From Candidatus Lambdaproteobacteria bacterium RIFOXYD2_FULL_56_26 (GTDB taxonomy: Bacteria > SAR324 > XYD2-FULL-50-16), in NCBI GenBank assembly GCA_001783715.1, contig MFNF01000001.1, positions 58,393 to 122,392 on the forward strand: DNA of 64,000 bases, given 5' to 3'. Both the position numbers and the translations under genes were made by a program. This document shows positions 8,980 to 17,482 of the stretch, piece after piece (within the stretch, counting starts at the first letter, position 1; every line of letters begins with the position of its first letter). Below the pieces are notes generated by a model that saw only the letters and a list, made by a program, of their open reading frames with translations, was not told the origin of the DNA and searched no databases.

Positions 8980-9981
8980 ATGGAAACCAAACCCGCCTGG
9001 GAGAACCAGTTTCTCCCCCCGCAATTTGAAGACCTTACCCCAGGGGCGGCCAAGGCTGCTCCCAAGGCGGAGCCCCTGCCGGTCACGGTCAAGGACACCG
9101 AAAACGGGGTGCGGCCTTTCCGGTTGGACTCGTTGCTCAAGGATGCCAAGGCCAAGGTCCTCAAACTGGAGGCCAGCGATGCCGCAAGGTTCAGCAGCAA
9201 TCAGTTTGTTGAAGAAGGGACCCTGCTGACCAACGTTGAGGAATACGCCAAAAGGATTCGGGCCGAAGCGGACAAACAGGCGCGGCTGATTTCCCGGCAG
9301 GCCGAATTGGCCTTGTCCGAAGCGGAAGAAACCTTGGCCCACGCCCAGGTGGTGGAGTCGGAGGCCAAAAAGTCCGCTCAAACGATGATTGAAACCGCCG
9401 AGGCGACGGTCGAGAAGATCGAACGGGCGGCCTACGAAAAAGGGTATGCCGAAGGCCTGGCTCGGGGGATGGAACAGGCCCGGGTGGACAACGAACTGGC
9501 CACCGCCAAGGTGATGGACCTCCTGGCCGAGCTGCAAGACCTACGGTTGGCGCTGTTTCGGGAACATGAAACGGAGATTGTCGGGCAGGTCTTGTTGTTG
9601 GCCAAAAAAGTGGTCCACGAAGAACTGCGGACCCAGCCCGAGTTTGTGCTGAACCTGCTCAAAGGGGCGGTGCATTACCTGGAAGGGCAAGGGAAGGTCA
9701 AGATCACCTTACACCCGGTCGAATACGACTTTATCGCCAAACACCAACCCGAACTGGCCGCCTACCTCGAAGAAGGGCAGGTGATCACCCTCAAGCGCAG
9801 CGGGGAAACCTCCCCTTCCGCCCCGGTGATCGAGACGGATTTTGCGGTGGTCGAGCTTTCCTTGGCTAGGCAGTTCGAGGAGGTGGACCACCTTTTGGAA
9901 AACTGCTTGGACGAACGGCGGCAGCTGTTTGACCCTCGGTACAAAGCGGAACGGGAAGCCCAGAAGGGGACCCAAACCTGA
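8980..9981 (+). CDS. fliH: Flagellar assembly protein FliH (N-terminally extended)
   Basis: AYEKGYAEGLARG GxxxG repeats, ITLHP; lies directly before fliI. Confidence 0.85.
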   Translation: METKPAWENQFLPPQFEDLTPGAAKAAPKAEPLPVTVKDTENGVRPFRLDSLLKDAKAKVLKLEASDAARFSSNQFVEEGTLLTNVEEYAKRIRAEADKQARLISRQAELALSEAEETLAHAQVVESEAKKSAQTMIETAEATVEKIERAAYEKGYAEGLARGMEQARVDNELATAKVMDLLAELQDLRLALFREHETEIVGQVLLLAKKVVHEELRTQPEFVLNLLKGAVHYLEGQGKVKITLHPVEYDFIAKHQPELAAYLEEGQVITLKRSGETSPSAPVIETDFAVVELSLARQFEEVDHLLENCLDERRQLFDPRYKAEREAQKGTQT

Positions 9982-10015
9982 AGCTTCTTTCCACCTCCGA
10001 CCTTGGTCTAGCCTA

Positions 10016-11338
10016 ATGTTTACCTTAGAACCCTTTTCCCAAGCGATTGAACAAGCCCGCACCGAGCGCCTGGAAGGCAAGGTGGACGAGGTGGTGGGCT
10101 TTTTGATCCGAGCCCACAACCCTGGAATGCGGATCGGCGGGCGCTGTTACATCCTCAACCGCAAAACCGGGGAAAAGGTGGCCGGAGAGGCAGTTTCGAT
10201 CAAAGGGCGCAACGTGCTGGTGATGCCCCTGGGGGACATTCGGGGGATCGGCCCCGACTCGGTGATCCAGCCGACCGAAGAAAAAACCCAGGTCCCGGTA
10301 GGCCCCGAATTGCTGGGTCGCTGCCTGGACGGCACCGGGCGGCCGATCGACGACCTGGGGCCGATCTTTACCGCCCACAAGGCTAACCTTTATTCCGAAC
10401 CGATCAACCCCCTGCACCGAAGAAGGATCGAAGAGCCCCTGGACGTTGGGGTCAAGGCGATTACCGGGGTGCTGACTCCGGGCAAAGGGCAGCGGATGGC
10501 CATTTTGGCCGGTTCCGGGGTCGGGAAATCGGTCCTCTTGGGTATGATGGCCAGGAACACCACCGCCGAAATCAACGTGATTGCACTGATTGGTGAACGG
10601 GGCCGGGAGGTCCGGGAATTCATCGAACGGGACTTGGGTCCCGAAGGTTTGGCCCACAGCGTGGTGATTGCAGCGACCAGCGACCAGTCCCCCTTGGTGC
10701 GGCTCCACGGGGCCTATCTGGCGACGGCGATTGCCGAATGGTTTAGGGAACAGGGCCGGGACGTGATCCTGATGATGGACTCGGTCACCCGGTTTGCCAT
10801 GGCCCAACGGGAGATCGGCCTTGCCGTCGGCGAACCTCCGACCACCAAAGGTTATCCTCCCTCGGTTTACAGCCTCTTGCCCCGGCTCTTGGAACGGGCG
10901 GGCAACTCCAAATCCCAAGGGTCCCTGACCGGGTTTTACACCGTTCTGATCGAAGGGGACGACCCGAACGAACCGATCGGCGATGCCGTCCGTTCGATCG
11001 TAGATGGCCACATCCTTCTGAGCCGGGACATCGCCGCCCAAGGGCATTATCCGGCCATTGACGTGCTGCGCTCCAAAAGTCGGGTCATGGTGGACGTAAC
11101 CGGCAAGGTGCACCAAAAGTCCGCCAGCCGTTTGGTGCAAACCTTGGCAACCTACAAGGAAGCGGAAGACTTGATCAACATTGGGGCCTATGTTAAGGGT
11201 TCAAACCAGATGATCGATTATTCGATGAACAAAATCGGCCAAATCAACAAATTCCTACGCCAAGAGGTGGAGGAACGAGTGCCGATGATTGAAGCGGAAG
11301 CAAGCCTTGAGCAGATGTTCAAGGATTTCCCGACCTAA
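10016..11338 (+). CDS. fliI: Flagellar export ATPase FliI
   Basis: GSGVGKS Walker A, IGERGREV, MDSVTRFAMAQREIG, GEPPTTKGYPPS. Confidence 0.97.
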   Translation: MFTLEPFSQAIEQARTERLEGKVDEVVGFLIRAHNPGMRIGGRCYILNRKTGEKVAGEAVSIKGRNVLVMPLGDIRGIGPDSVIQPTEEKTQVPVGPELLGRCLDGTGRPIDDLGPIFTAHKANLYSEPINPLHRRRIEEPLDVGVKAITGVLTPGKGQRMAILAGSGVGKSVLLGMMARNTTAEINVIALIGERGREVREFIERDLGPEGLAHSVVIAATSDQSPLVRLHGAYLATAIAEWFREQGRDVILMMDSVTRFAMAQREIGLAVGEPPTTKGYPPSVYSLLPRLLERAGNSKSQGSLTGFYTVLIEGDDPNEPIGDAVRSIVDGHILLSRDIAAQGHYPAIDVLRSKSRVMVDVTGKVHQKSASRLVQTLATYKEAEDLINIGAYVKGSNQMIDYSMNKIGQINKFLRQEVEERVPMIEAEASLEQMFKDFPT

Positions 11339-11362
11339 AACTCCAACCGCAAAAGCAGGCAT

Positions 11363-12319
11363 ATGGGCAAAAAAAGCCGTTTGGGCGGTTGGTGGAAGGC
11401 CGCCTTGGTACTGGTTTGTGGGATAGCCCTGTTTGCCGCCGGCGGCAAGGTGGCCCTGATGGCCTATGCCGCTTTGGAGGCGAAGGGTTGCTTTCCTCCC
11501 GAGCCTTTGGTCACCATGGACGAATGGAAGGCCCAGGGCGAGGTCACCTTTGTGGCGGTTGGAGACATGGGCACCGGGGAGACCCAACAGCTGCGGGTTT
11601 CCCAAGCGATGGAACAGGTGTGCCAGGAAAAAGGTTGCGATTTTGTGCTGGGCCTGGGGGACAACTTTTATCCTGCCGGGGTCCAGGGCCTTCGAGACCC
11701 GCTGTTTGGCAATTACTTTGAAGCGGTGTACGGTCCCTTGAACCTGCCCTTTTTTACGGTGCTTGGGAACCACGACCTCAAGGGGAACATTGAGGCCCAA
11801 AGGCTTTACACCCTAGTCAGCGAACTCTGGCGGATGCCCAGTTACGATTACCGCTTTAAAGCCGGACCGGTCTCCCTGTTCGGGGTCAACTCCAACTGTG
11901 AAGCCTTTTCCTGGCCCCGGCTCCACGGCTGGCTGGCCAAAGCGCCACAGCAGGACTGGAAATTGGTTTTTACCCACCACAATCTTTATGGTTCCGGGGC
12001 GCACCAGGATGCCCCGGTTTTGGAGCGGGGCCTTTGGCAGCTGATGTTCGGCAGCAAGGTGGACCTGCACCTTTCCGGCCATGAGCACCAGTTGGAACAC
12101 CTGCAAATTGCCGGAACCGAGACCGACTATCTGATCAGCGGGGGAGGCGGTGCCGCCTACGGCGGACCCAAGGACCCCAAACCCAGGGAAGGTTCAAAAT
12201 TCCTGCACCCCGGCCAGGGCTTTTTGTGGGTCCATGCCTCGCCCAAGAGGCTGGAACTGGAGTTTTTTGACCTTTACGGAGCTTCCGTTTACCGGTATCA
12301 AAGGACAAGAAAAGAATAA
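11363..12319 (+). CDS. Membrane-anchored or exported metallophosphoesterase (purple/tartrate-resistant acid phosphatase-like)
   Basis: GDMG, GDNFY, GNHD, HH, GHEH motifs; N-terminal hydrophobic helix. Confidence 0.88.
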   Translation: MGKKSRLGGWWKAALVLVCGIALFAAGGKVALMAYAALEAKGCFPPEPLVTMDEWKAQGEVTFVAVGDMGTGETQQLRVSQAMEQVCQEKGCDFVLGLGDNFYPAGVQGLRDPLFGNYFEAVYGPLNLPFFTVLGNHDLKGNIEAQRLYTLVSELWRMPSYDYRFKAGPVSLFGVNSNCEAFSWPRLHGWLAKAPQQDWKLVFTHHNLYGSGAHQDAPVLERGLWQLMFGSKVDLHLSGHEHQLEHLQIAGTETDYLISGGGGAAYGGPKDPKPREGSKFLHPGQGFLWVHASPKRLELEFFDLYGASVYRYQRTRKE

Positions 12320-12340
12320 CCCCAAGGCTAACGAGTCCCT

Positions 12341-13303
12341 TTGACCAGACGTGAGTTCTTGCGCCTGCTTTCCACCGGTGCGCTTTCTACAGCTTTTTTA
12401 TCGACCCAGCTCGGGGAACTGCTCGCCCAAGAAGAAGGCGGACAGGCAGAGTCTTTGGTTTGGCTGACCGGCCACCACAGCCAGACCCACAGCCTGGGCC
12501 TGGTGGGGCAATCCGAATCCTTTGCCTTTTTGGGCCGTTATTTCCAGCGGTTGGAAAACGAAGGGGAAGAACCCTTGGCCGACCAACGTCCGCCCATTTT
12601 GATCTTGGAAGGGTCGTTTGCCGACGATGCCCTGGAACGGGGCAACCAGATCCTTCGGGCCTGGGTCCCCAGAGCCAAGGTCGTGGTTTTGCTCGGCAAC
12701 GAAGCGGCCTTTTCCAAGGAACAGCCGGGCGGCTACCTGGACATGATGGGCCAAGCCTTGTCGGAGGTCCCGGTTCCGGTTATCCGCCTCCCCGGCAGCC
12801 CTGCCCAACCTCGGCACCTCCTGGGCGTGCTCAACCACCTTTTGATGTACGGTCTGCCGGAGCTTGACGAGTTCCGAAGGCCCAAGATGTTCTTTGGCAC
12901 CCTGATCTGTGACCGGTGTGAATACCGGGGCCAGTTTGAGGCCGGGGACTATGTGCAGTACTTTGGGGAAAAGGAAGGCTGCCTGTACCTGCTCGGTTGC
13001 AAAGGCAAGGTAACCTACAACGATTGTCCGACCGCCAAATGGAACGGCGGCATCAACTGGTGCGTCGGGGCCGGGAGCCCTTGCACCGGTTGTTCGGAGC
13101 CCAATTTCCCCGACCACCTGAGCCTGGGCCTTTATGGCCAACTGAGCCACCGCAAGGCGGGGGTTGCCTCCGGCTGGGTGCGACATGCCGAAACCTTGGC
13201 CTACGGTGCTCTGGGGACGACGGTCGTCGGGCTGGGGGTACACCAGGGGGCAAAACGTTCGGTCGCCAGATACCGGATCAAGGTTGACGAGGAGGAAATT
13301 TGA
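12341..13303 (+). CDS. [NiFe]-hydrogenase small-subunit homolog lacking proximal Fe-S ligands (Tat substrate)
   Basis: TRREFL twin-arginine signal; CDRC, CLYLLGCKG, CP...WC...PCTGC; C-terminal anchor helix; proximal Cys positions substituted. Confidence 0.88.
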   Translation: MTRREFLRLLSTGALSTAFLSTQLGELLAQEEGGQAESLVWLTGHHSQTHSLGLVGQSESFAFLGRYFQRLENEGEEPLADQRPPILILEGSFADDALERGNQILRAWVPRAKVVVLLGNEAAFSKEQPGGYLDMMGQALSEVPVPVIRLPGSPAQPRHLLGVLNHLLMYGLPELDEFRRPKMFFGTLICDRCEYRGQFEAGDYVQYFGEKEGCLYLLGCKGKVTYNDCPTAKWNGGINWCVGAGSPCTGCSEPNFPDHLSLGLYGQLSHRKAGVASGWVRHAETLAYGALGTTVVGLGVHQGAKRSVARYRIKVDEEEI

Positions 13304-14760
13304 AGGTCTTGGTGGAACGGGTGCCCAACCTTGAGGGGTTGTTGAAGGTCGCCTACGATGGCGAACCGGGCAAAGAGAAGTATTTCCTTCAAAGTGGTCG
13401 GACCTTGCACCAGGAAGGCCGGTTGTTCGGCAAGTATCCCTTAGAAGCGGTCCAGCACACCCAAACCCTTTCGGCCAAATCCGGGGTGGCCCACGGCATT
13501 GCGGCAGTCCTGGCCTTGGAAAACTACCTGCAGTGGACCCCCACCTACAACGGCCAAAAGATGCGGCAAATCCTGCTGCACCTTTCGACCTTACATTCCC
13601 ACCTGCACCATTTTTACTTCGAGGTCCTGCCGGACTACCTGAACCAGAAGCACTTCAAGGGACAGGGGTTGCTGCGTTCCACCTACTACCCGACCTTGGC
13701 CTTGCGGGAAAAGGACGACCAGGACTTGAGCCCCGAAGCGGCAAAACAGATTTTTACCCACCTGCCCCAAGTGGTTCGGACCTTGGCGGCGCTGCAACAG
13801 GCCATGGCGCTTTTGGGTGGCAAGTACCCGGTGGTGATGAATCTGATCCCCGGCGGAGTGGCTAACACCAATCTGGGCCGGGCGCAGGGGATGAAGCTTT
13901 TGCGGATCTTGGAGTCCGCCAAGGAAATGGTCGAGGAGATTTGGCCGACGGACATCAAAACCGTGATCGCCGGGGCCACCGACCTTTTGCAAAGTTCGGA
14001 CGAGGACCAACAGCTGATCAGCTTCGGCTCCCTGCCTATTGAAAACGGCAAGGAAGAAAAAGCCTATTTCTCCCCGGGGGTTTACGTGGAAGGCAAGCTG
14101 GAGCCGTTGAACGTCACCAAGATCACCGAATCCTACGTGGACACCTACTACCGCCCGGCGGACAACCGGAGCCTGTCCAACGACCTGATCTACGACCTGA
14201 ACAAAAAAAAGGCCCACACCTGGATCAAAGCCGCCCGGTACGAAACCGACGTGGCCCTGACCGGCCCCCTGGCCCGGCTTTTGATCACCCACTACGGCGG
14301 CGGCAACGTGCAGGTTTCCGACTCCATCGCCGGGTGGATCGAAAACCTGGGCCTTTCGATCGACAAGGCGAACAGCGGAGCCGCTCGGCTTTTGGCCGGG
14401 GCCTTCGAGGGAAGGTACATCCTGCAAAACCTCTTTGACAGCCTGCTCAAGCTAGACTTTACCGGTCCGCTCAACCAGCGCAAACCCTTTGCCTTCAAGG
14501 GCCGGGGCATCGGCATGGGCATGGTGGAGGCTCCGGGCGGGGCCTTGCTGCACCAAGTGTACATTGAAGGGGGGAAAATCACCGGGTACCGGATCGTCGC
14601 TCCTTCAAACTGGAACCTTTCGCCAGGCGATGAATTCGGCAAGACCGGACTCCTGGAAGCAGGGTTAAACCGTATGGGAAAATTTGGCCCCCTGCGGCCC
14701 GAAACGGCCATTCGCTTGGCCCACAGCTACTACGCCCAGGCGTTGGACGCAACCCAGTGA
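13300..14760 (+). CDS. [NiFe]-hydrogenase large-subunit homolog lacking all Ni-Fe ligands
   Basis: Scaffold motifs NLEG, HSHLHHFY, GGKYP, WIKAARY, GPLAR, EAPGGAL.H, VAPSNWN; no Cys anywhere in 486 aa; GGAGG RBS, TTG start overlaps upstream TGA. Confidence 0.88.
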   Translation: MKVLVERVPNLEGLLKVAYDGEPGKEKYFLQSGRTLHQEGRLFGKYPLEAVQHTQTLSAKSGVAHGIAAVLALENYLQWTPTYNGQKMRQILLHLSTLHSHLHHFYFEVLPDYLNQKHFKGQGLLRSTYYPTLALREKDDQDLSPEAAKQIFTHLPQVVRTLAALQQAMALLGGKYPVVMNLIPGGVANTNLGRAQGMKLLRILESAKEMVEEIWPTDIKTVIAGATDLLQSSDEDQQLISFGSLPIENGKEEKAYFSPGVYVEGKLEPLNVTKITESYVDTYYRPADNRSLSNDLIYDLNKKKAHTWIKAARYETDVALTGPLARLLITHYGGGNVQVSDSIAGWIENLGLSIDKANSGAARLLAGAFEGRYILQNLFDSLLKLDFTGPLNQRKPFAFKGRGIGMGMVEAPGGALLHQVYIEGGKITGYRIVAPSNWNLSPGDEFGKTGLLEAGLNRMGKFGPLRPETAIRLAHSYYAQALDATQ

Positions 14761-14766
14761 GGGACT

Positions 14767-15306
14767 ATGAATCTACAAGGGTGGTTCTTCTCCCTTTATA
14801 ACTCGGCAGTGCGGCAAACCCGCCGGTTTGGGTTGCCCATTGCCATGTTGCTTTGTTACCTGACCGCCCTGGGGCTCGAACGGGCGGAGTTCCTCCCTTC
14901 TTTTGACCGCAGCGAAATGGACTTGCTGCACCGGGCTTTTGGGTTGTTCCTGTTTGCCTTGCTCCTGCTTTTGCTCTACGACCGGCTCCAAAGGAGCGGT
15001 CGGCCTAAGGTGGGGCTTTCCTCCGCCAAAAATGCGGCCAAAAAACAATTCCGTCAGATCTCCGAAAAAGGCCCCCGCCATTGGGTGGACCTGTTGTTTT
15101 TGGGCGGCTTGAGTTTGATCGTGCTCCTGGGCCTGTTGCTGCACTTCAAGACCCGGCTGGGTTGGACCGGCTGGCCGGGGCTGGAGGGCTTGGGGATCCT
15201 GCACGGCACCTTGGTCTGGTTTTTCTTGAGCGTGATCCTGGTCCGTTATTATCTGGTTTTGACCCGCTGGATGGTCTCCCTGCTTGCCTACCTGAAAGAG
15301 CGCTGA
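14767..15306 (+). CDS. Hydrogenase cytochrome b subunit homolog (4 TM; only two of four heme-ligand His)
   Basis: Four hydrophobic helices, H55 (LLHRAFG) and H146 (ILHGT); third gene of the small-large-cytb triad. Confidence 0.72.
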   Translation: MNLQGWFFSLYNSAVRQTRRFGLPIAMLLCYLTALGLERAEFLPSFDRSEMDLLHRAFGLFLFALLLLLLYDRLQRSGRPKVGLSSAKNAAKKQFRQISEKGPRHWVDLLFLGGLSLIVLLGLLLHFKTRLGWTGWPGLEGLGILHGTLVWFFLSVILVRYYLVLTRWMVSLLAYLKER

Positions 15307-15308
15307 CC

Positions 15309-15953
15309 ATGATCCTGGTGGGGCTGACCGGGGGGATCGGGGCGGGGAAGAGCACGTTGCACCCTTGGGTTGCAGCTTTGGGTTGGGAGGTACTTGATGC
15401 CGACCGGCTGGCTCGGGAAGTGGTGGAGCCTGGGCAGGTAGCCTTTGGCGAAGTGGTGGAACATTTTGGCCCACAGATTCTAGGTTCGGACGGCGGGCTT
15501 GACCGGGCCAAGTTGGCCGCTCAGGTCTTTGCGGACCCGGAGCAACGGAGGGTATTAGAAAAGATCGTACACCGGCAGATCCACCTCAAGAAACAAGCGT
15601 ACCTCAAAGAAATGTATGACCGGAACCCCCAAGCCAAGGTGGTTTATCTGGTCCCCCTGCTGTTTGAGCGGAACCTGGAATCCCAGTTCCAGGCCACGGT
15701 GTTGATTGAGTTGGACCCAGAGGAGCAGTTGCGCCGTTTGGTGCAGCAACGGGGGATGGAGCCGGAGGACGCAAAACGGCGGATGTCCGCCCAGATGCCC
15801 TTGGCCGAAAAGCTCAAACGAGCGGATTTTGTGGTCAACAACAACGGTCCCCTGGAGAAAACCCAGGCGGAGGTGGAGGTTTTGTTCACCCGTCTCGCCC
15901 AGCTTCCCCAGTTGGACCTCCAACAGGTCTTGGACCCCCATGAGCCCCAGTGA
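15309..15953 (+). CDS. coaE: Dephospho-CoA kinase
   Basis: GLTGGIGAGKS, DAD, LDRAKLA, VPLLFE. Confidence 0.93.
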   Translation: MILVGLTGGIGAGKSTLHPWVAALGWEVLDADRLAREVVEPGQVAFGEVVEHFGPQILGSDGGLDRAKLAAQVFADPEQRRVLEKIVHRQIHLKKQAYLKEMYDRNPQAKVVYLVPLLFERNLESQFQATVLIELDPEEQLRRLVQQRGMEPEDAKRRMSAQMPLAEKLKRADFVVNNNGPLEKTQAEVEVLFTRLAQLPQLDLQQVLDPHEPQ

Positions 15954-16614
15954 ACTGACCGGCCAAACCCGAGGGCACATCGCCCAGTTCCAGGAACCCC
16001 GTTTTGCCGCCCATCCCTTGGCGGTCAAAGCTTTTGTGGCCATGCAGGAGAAGGCCCGTGGTCAGGGGTTGGAGCTGGCGATTTTCAGCGGTTTCCGGGA
16101 CTTTGAAACCCAAAGGAAGATTTGGCAAACCAAGGCCACAGGCCAGAGGCCCCTTTATGACCCGAAGGGCCAAGAGATTTCGTTTGATACTTTAGGCCCC
16201 GACGGCCTGATCGAGGCGATTCTCCGCTGGTCCGCCTTGCCGGGGGCCAGTCGGCACCATTGGGGCAGCGACCTGGACCTGATCGACCTCAACGGGATGC
16301 CTCTGGGCTACCGGGTGCAGTTGCTGCCCGATGAGTATGCCCCGGGTGGGGTGTTTGGGAAACTCAACTTTTGGCTGACCCAAAACATCCGGGAATTCGA
16401 GTTTTTCCAGCCCTACCTGGTGGACCGGGGCGGAGTCTCCCCGGAGCCTTGGCACCTTTCTTTTGCCCCGGTGTCGGTCCCCGCCTTGGCCCAAATGCAC
16501 CCGCAACTGCTCAAGGAGGCCTGGGGGCCGGTGGAGATGGTTTTAAAGGACCGATTGTTGGAACGGTTGGAAGAACTGTTTGAACGGTATGTCACCAACA
16601 TCAATCCTCCTTAA
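15940..16614 (+). CDS. M15 family D-Ala-D-Ala carboxypeptidase (VanY-like)
   Basis: SGFRDF, SALPGASRHHWGSDLD, EPWH. Confidence 0.9.
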   Translation: MSPSELTGQTRGHIAQFQEPRFAAHPLAVKAFVAMQEKARGQGLELAIFSGFRDFETQRKIWQTKATGQRPLYDPKGQEISFDTLGPDGLIEAILRWSALPGASRHHWGSDLDLIDLNGMPLGYRVQLLPDEYAPGGVFGKLNFWLTQNIREFEFFQPYLVDRGGVSPEPWHLSFAPVSVPALAQMHPQLLKEAWGPVEMVLKDRLLERLEELFERYVTNINPP

Positions 16615-16766
16615 AAAACAAGGAACTTTCCCTTTAACCCGGTTTGCCCGGTTTCCCCTGCCCCCCAAAGCGCCCAAAGGCTTGGAAACCGAAGGGGACG
16701 GTCCTTTTGGGGGTTGCCGCAATTTTACAAATCGGGGATGATGGGAAAAATTATTTCAGGTCCCCC

Positions 16767-17477
16767 ATGTCAACCAAACGCCTGCTTTTGATCGCCCTCC
16801 TGGGGTTGATGCCCCTGGCGGCGATGGCCTTTTATCCCGAACAGGTGACCCGGCTGGTCAACACCAAGGCCTGCCCCGACTGCAACTTGGTGGATGCCAA
16901 CCTGGAGTCCTTGAGCCTGGAAGGGGCCAACCTGCAAGGAGCCAAGCTCAACGGAGCCAAGGCCGACTGGATCGTGCTGACCGGAGCGGACCTGCGCAAC
17001 GTTAGGGCCGAAGAGGCCAGCTTCCGGTGGGCCCGGTTGGGTTCAGCGGACCTCTCCGGGGCTCGGTTGATCGGGGCGGATTTTAACTTGATCCAAGGGG
17101 GGCAGTCCTTTTGGAAAGGGGCCAACCTCCAAGGGGCGGACCTCAGTTTCGCCGACCTTAGCGAGGCCGACCTTTCCGGGGCGGAGTTGTATTTTGCCAA
17201 GATGGTGGGGGTCAATCTCCATGCCGCTAGATTGATCCGGGCCAACCTGGAAAACGCCTTTTTGGGCCAGGCCAACCTGACCGGGGCCTACATGGCCGGA
17301 GCCAAGCTGGGCAAGGCAAGCCTGGAAGACAGCATCCTCAAACACGCCGACCTCCAAGGGGCCGACCTGACCGGAGCCAAGGTCAAGGGCGCTACCTTCG
17401 AGGGGGCCAAACTGGGCGAGGCAACCTGGATCGATGGGCGGGTCTGCGCTCGGGATTCGGTCGGCGAGTGCAACTGA
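16767..17477 (+). CDS. Exported pentapeptide repeat protein
   Basis: Signal peptide, CxxC cap, many A(D/N)LxG repeats, C-terminal WIDG..C......C. Confidence 0.9.
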   Translation: MSTKRLLLIALLGLMPLAAMAFYPEQVTRLVNTKACPDCNLVDANLESLSLEGANLQGAKLNGAKADWIVLTGADLRNVRAEEASFRWARLGSADLSGARLIGADFNLIQGGQSFWKGANLQGADLSFADLSEADLSGAELYFAKMVGVNLHAARLIRANLENAFLGQANLTGAYMAGAKLGKASLEDSILKHADLQGADLTGAKVKGATFEGAKLGEATWIDGRVCARDSVGECN

Positions 17478-17482
17478 GGCTT

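Noticed and set aside
7462-9537. Long antisense/alternate-frame ORFs (e.g. 7462-9537, 38687-40471, 20411-21646, 48126-49535, 55040-56347)
   Set aside because: Shadow ORFs of well-supported genes, expected from GC-rich codon bias; no motifs
14740-14770. TGA at the end of the large subunit as selenocysteine ([NiFeSe] enzyme)
   Set aside because: The TGA falls after the position equivalent to the terminal His, not at a Cys position; all four ligand positions are ordinary sense codons; the next gene's RBS and ATG follow immediately
12341-15306. Calling the triad a functional uptake hydrogenase or a pseudogene
   Set aside because: No Ni-Fe ligands, so not a hydrogenase; no stops or frameshifts, intact RBS and coupling, and selective motif retention, so not an evident pseudogene
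16880-17420. Recurrent ggggccaacct/ggggcggacct motifs as a CRISPR or DNA repeat array
   Set aside because: Explained by pentapeptide-repeat coding sequence
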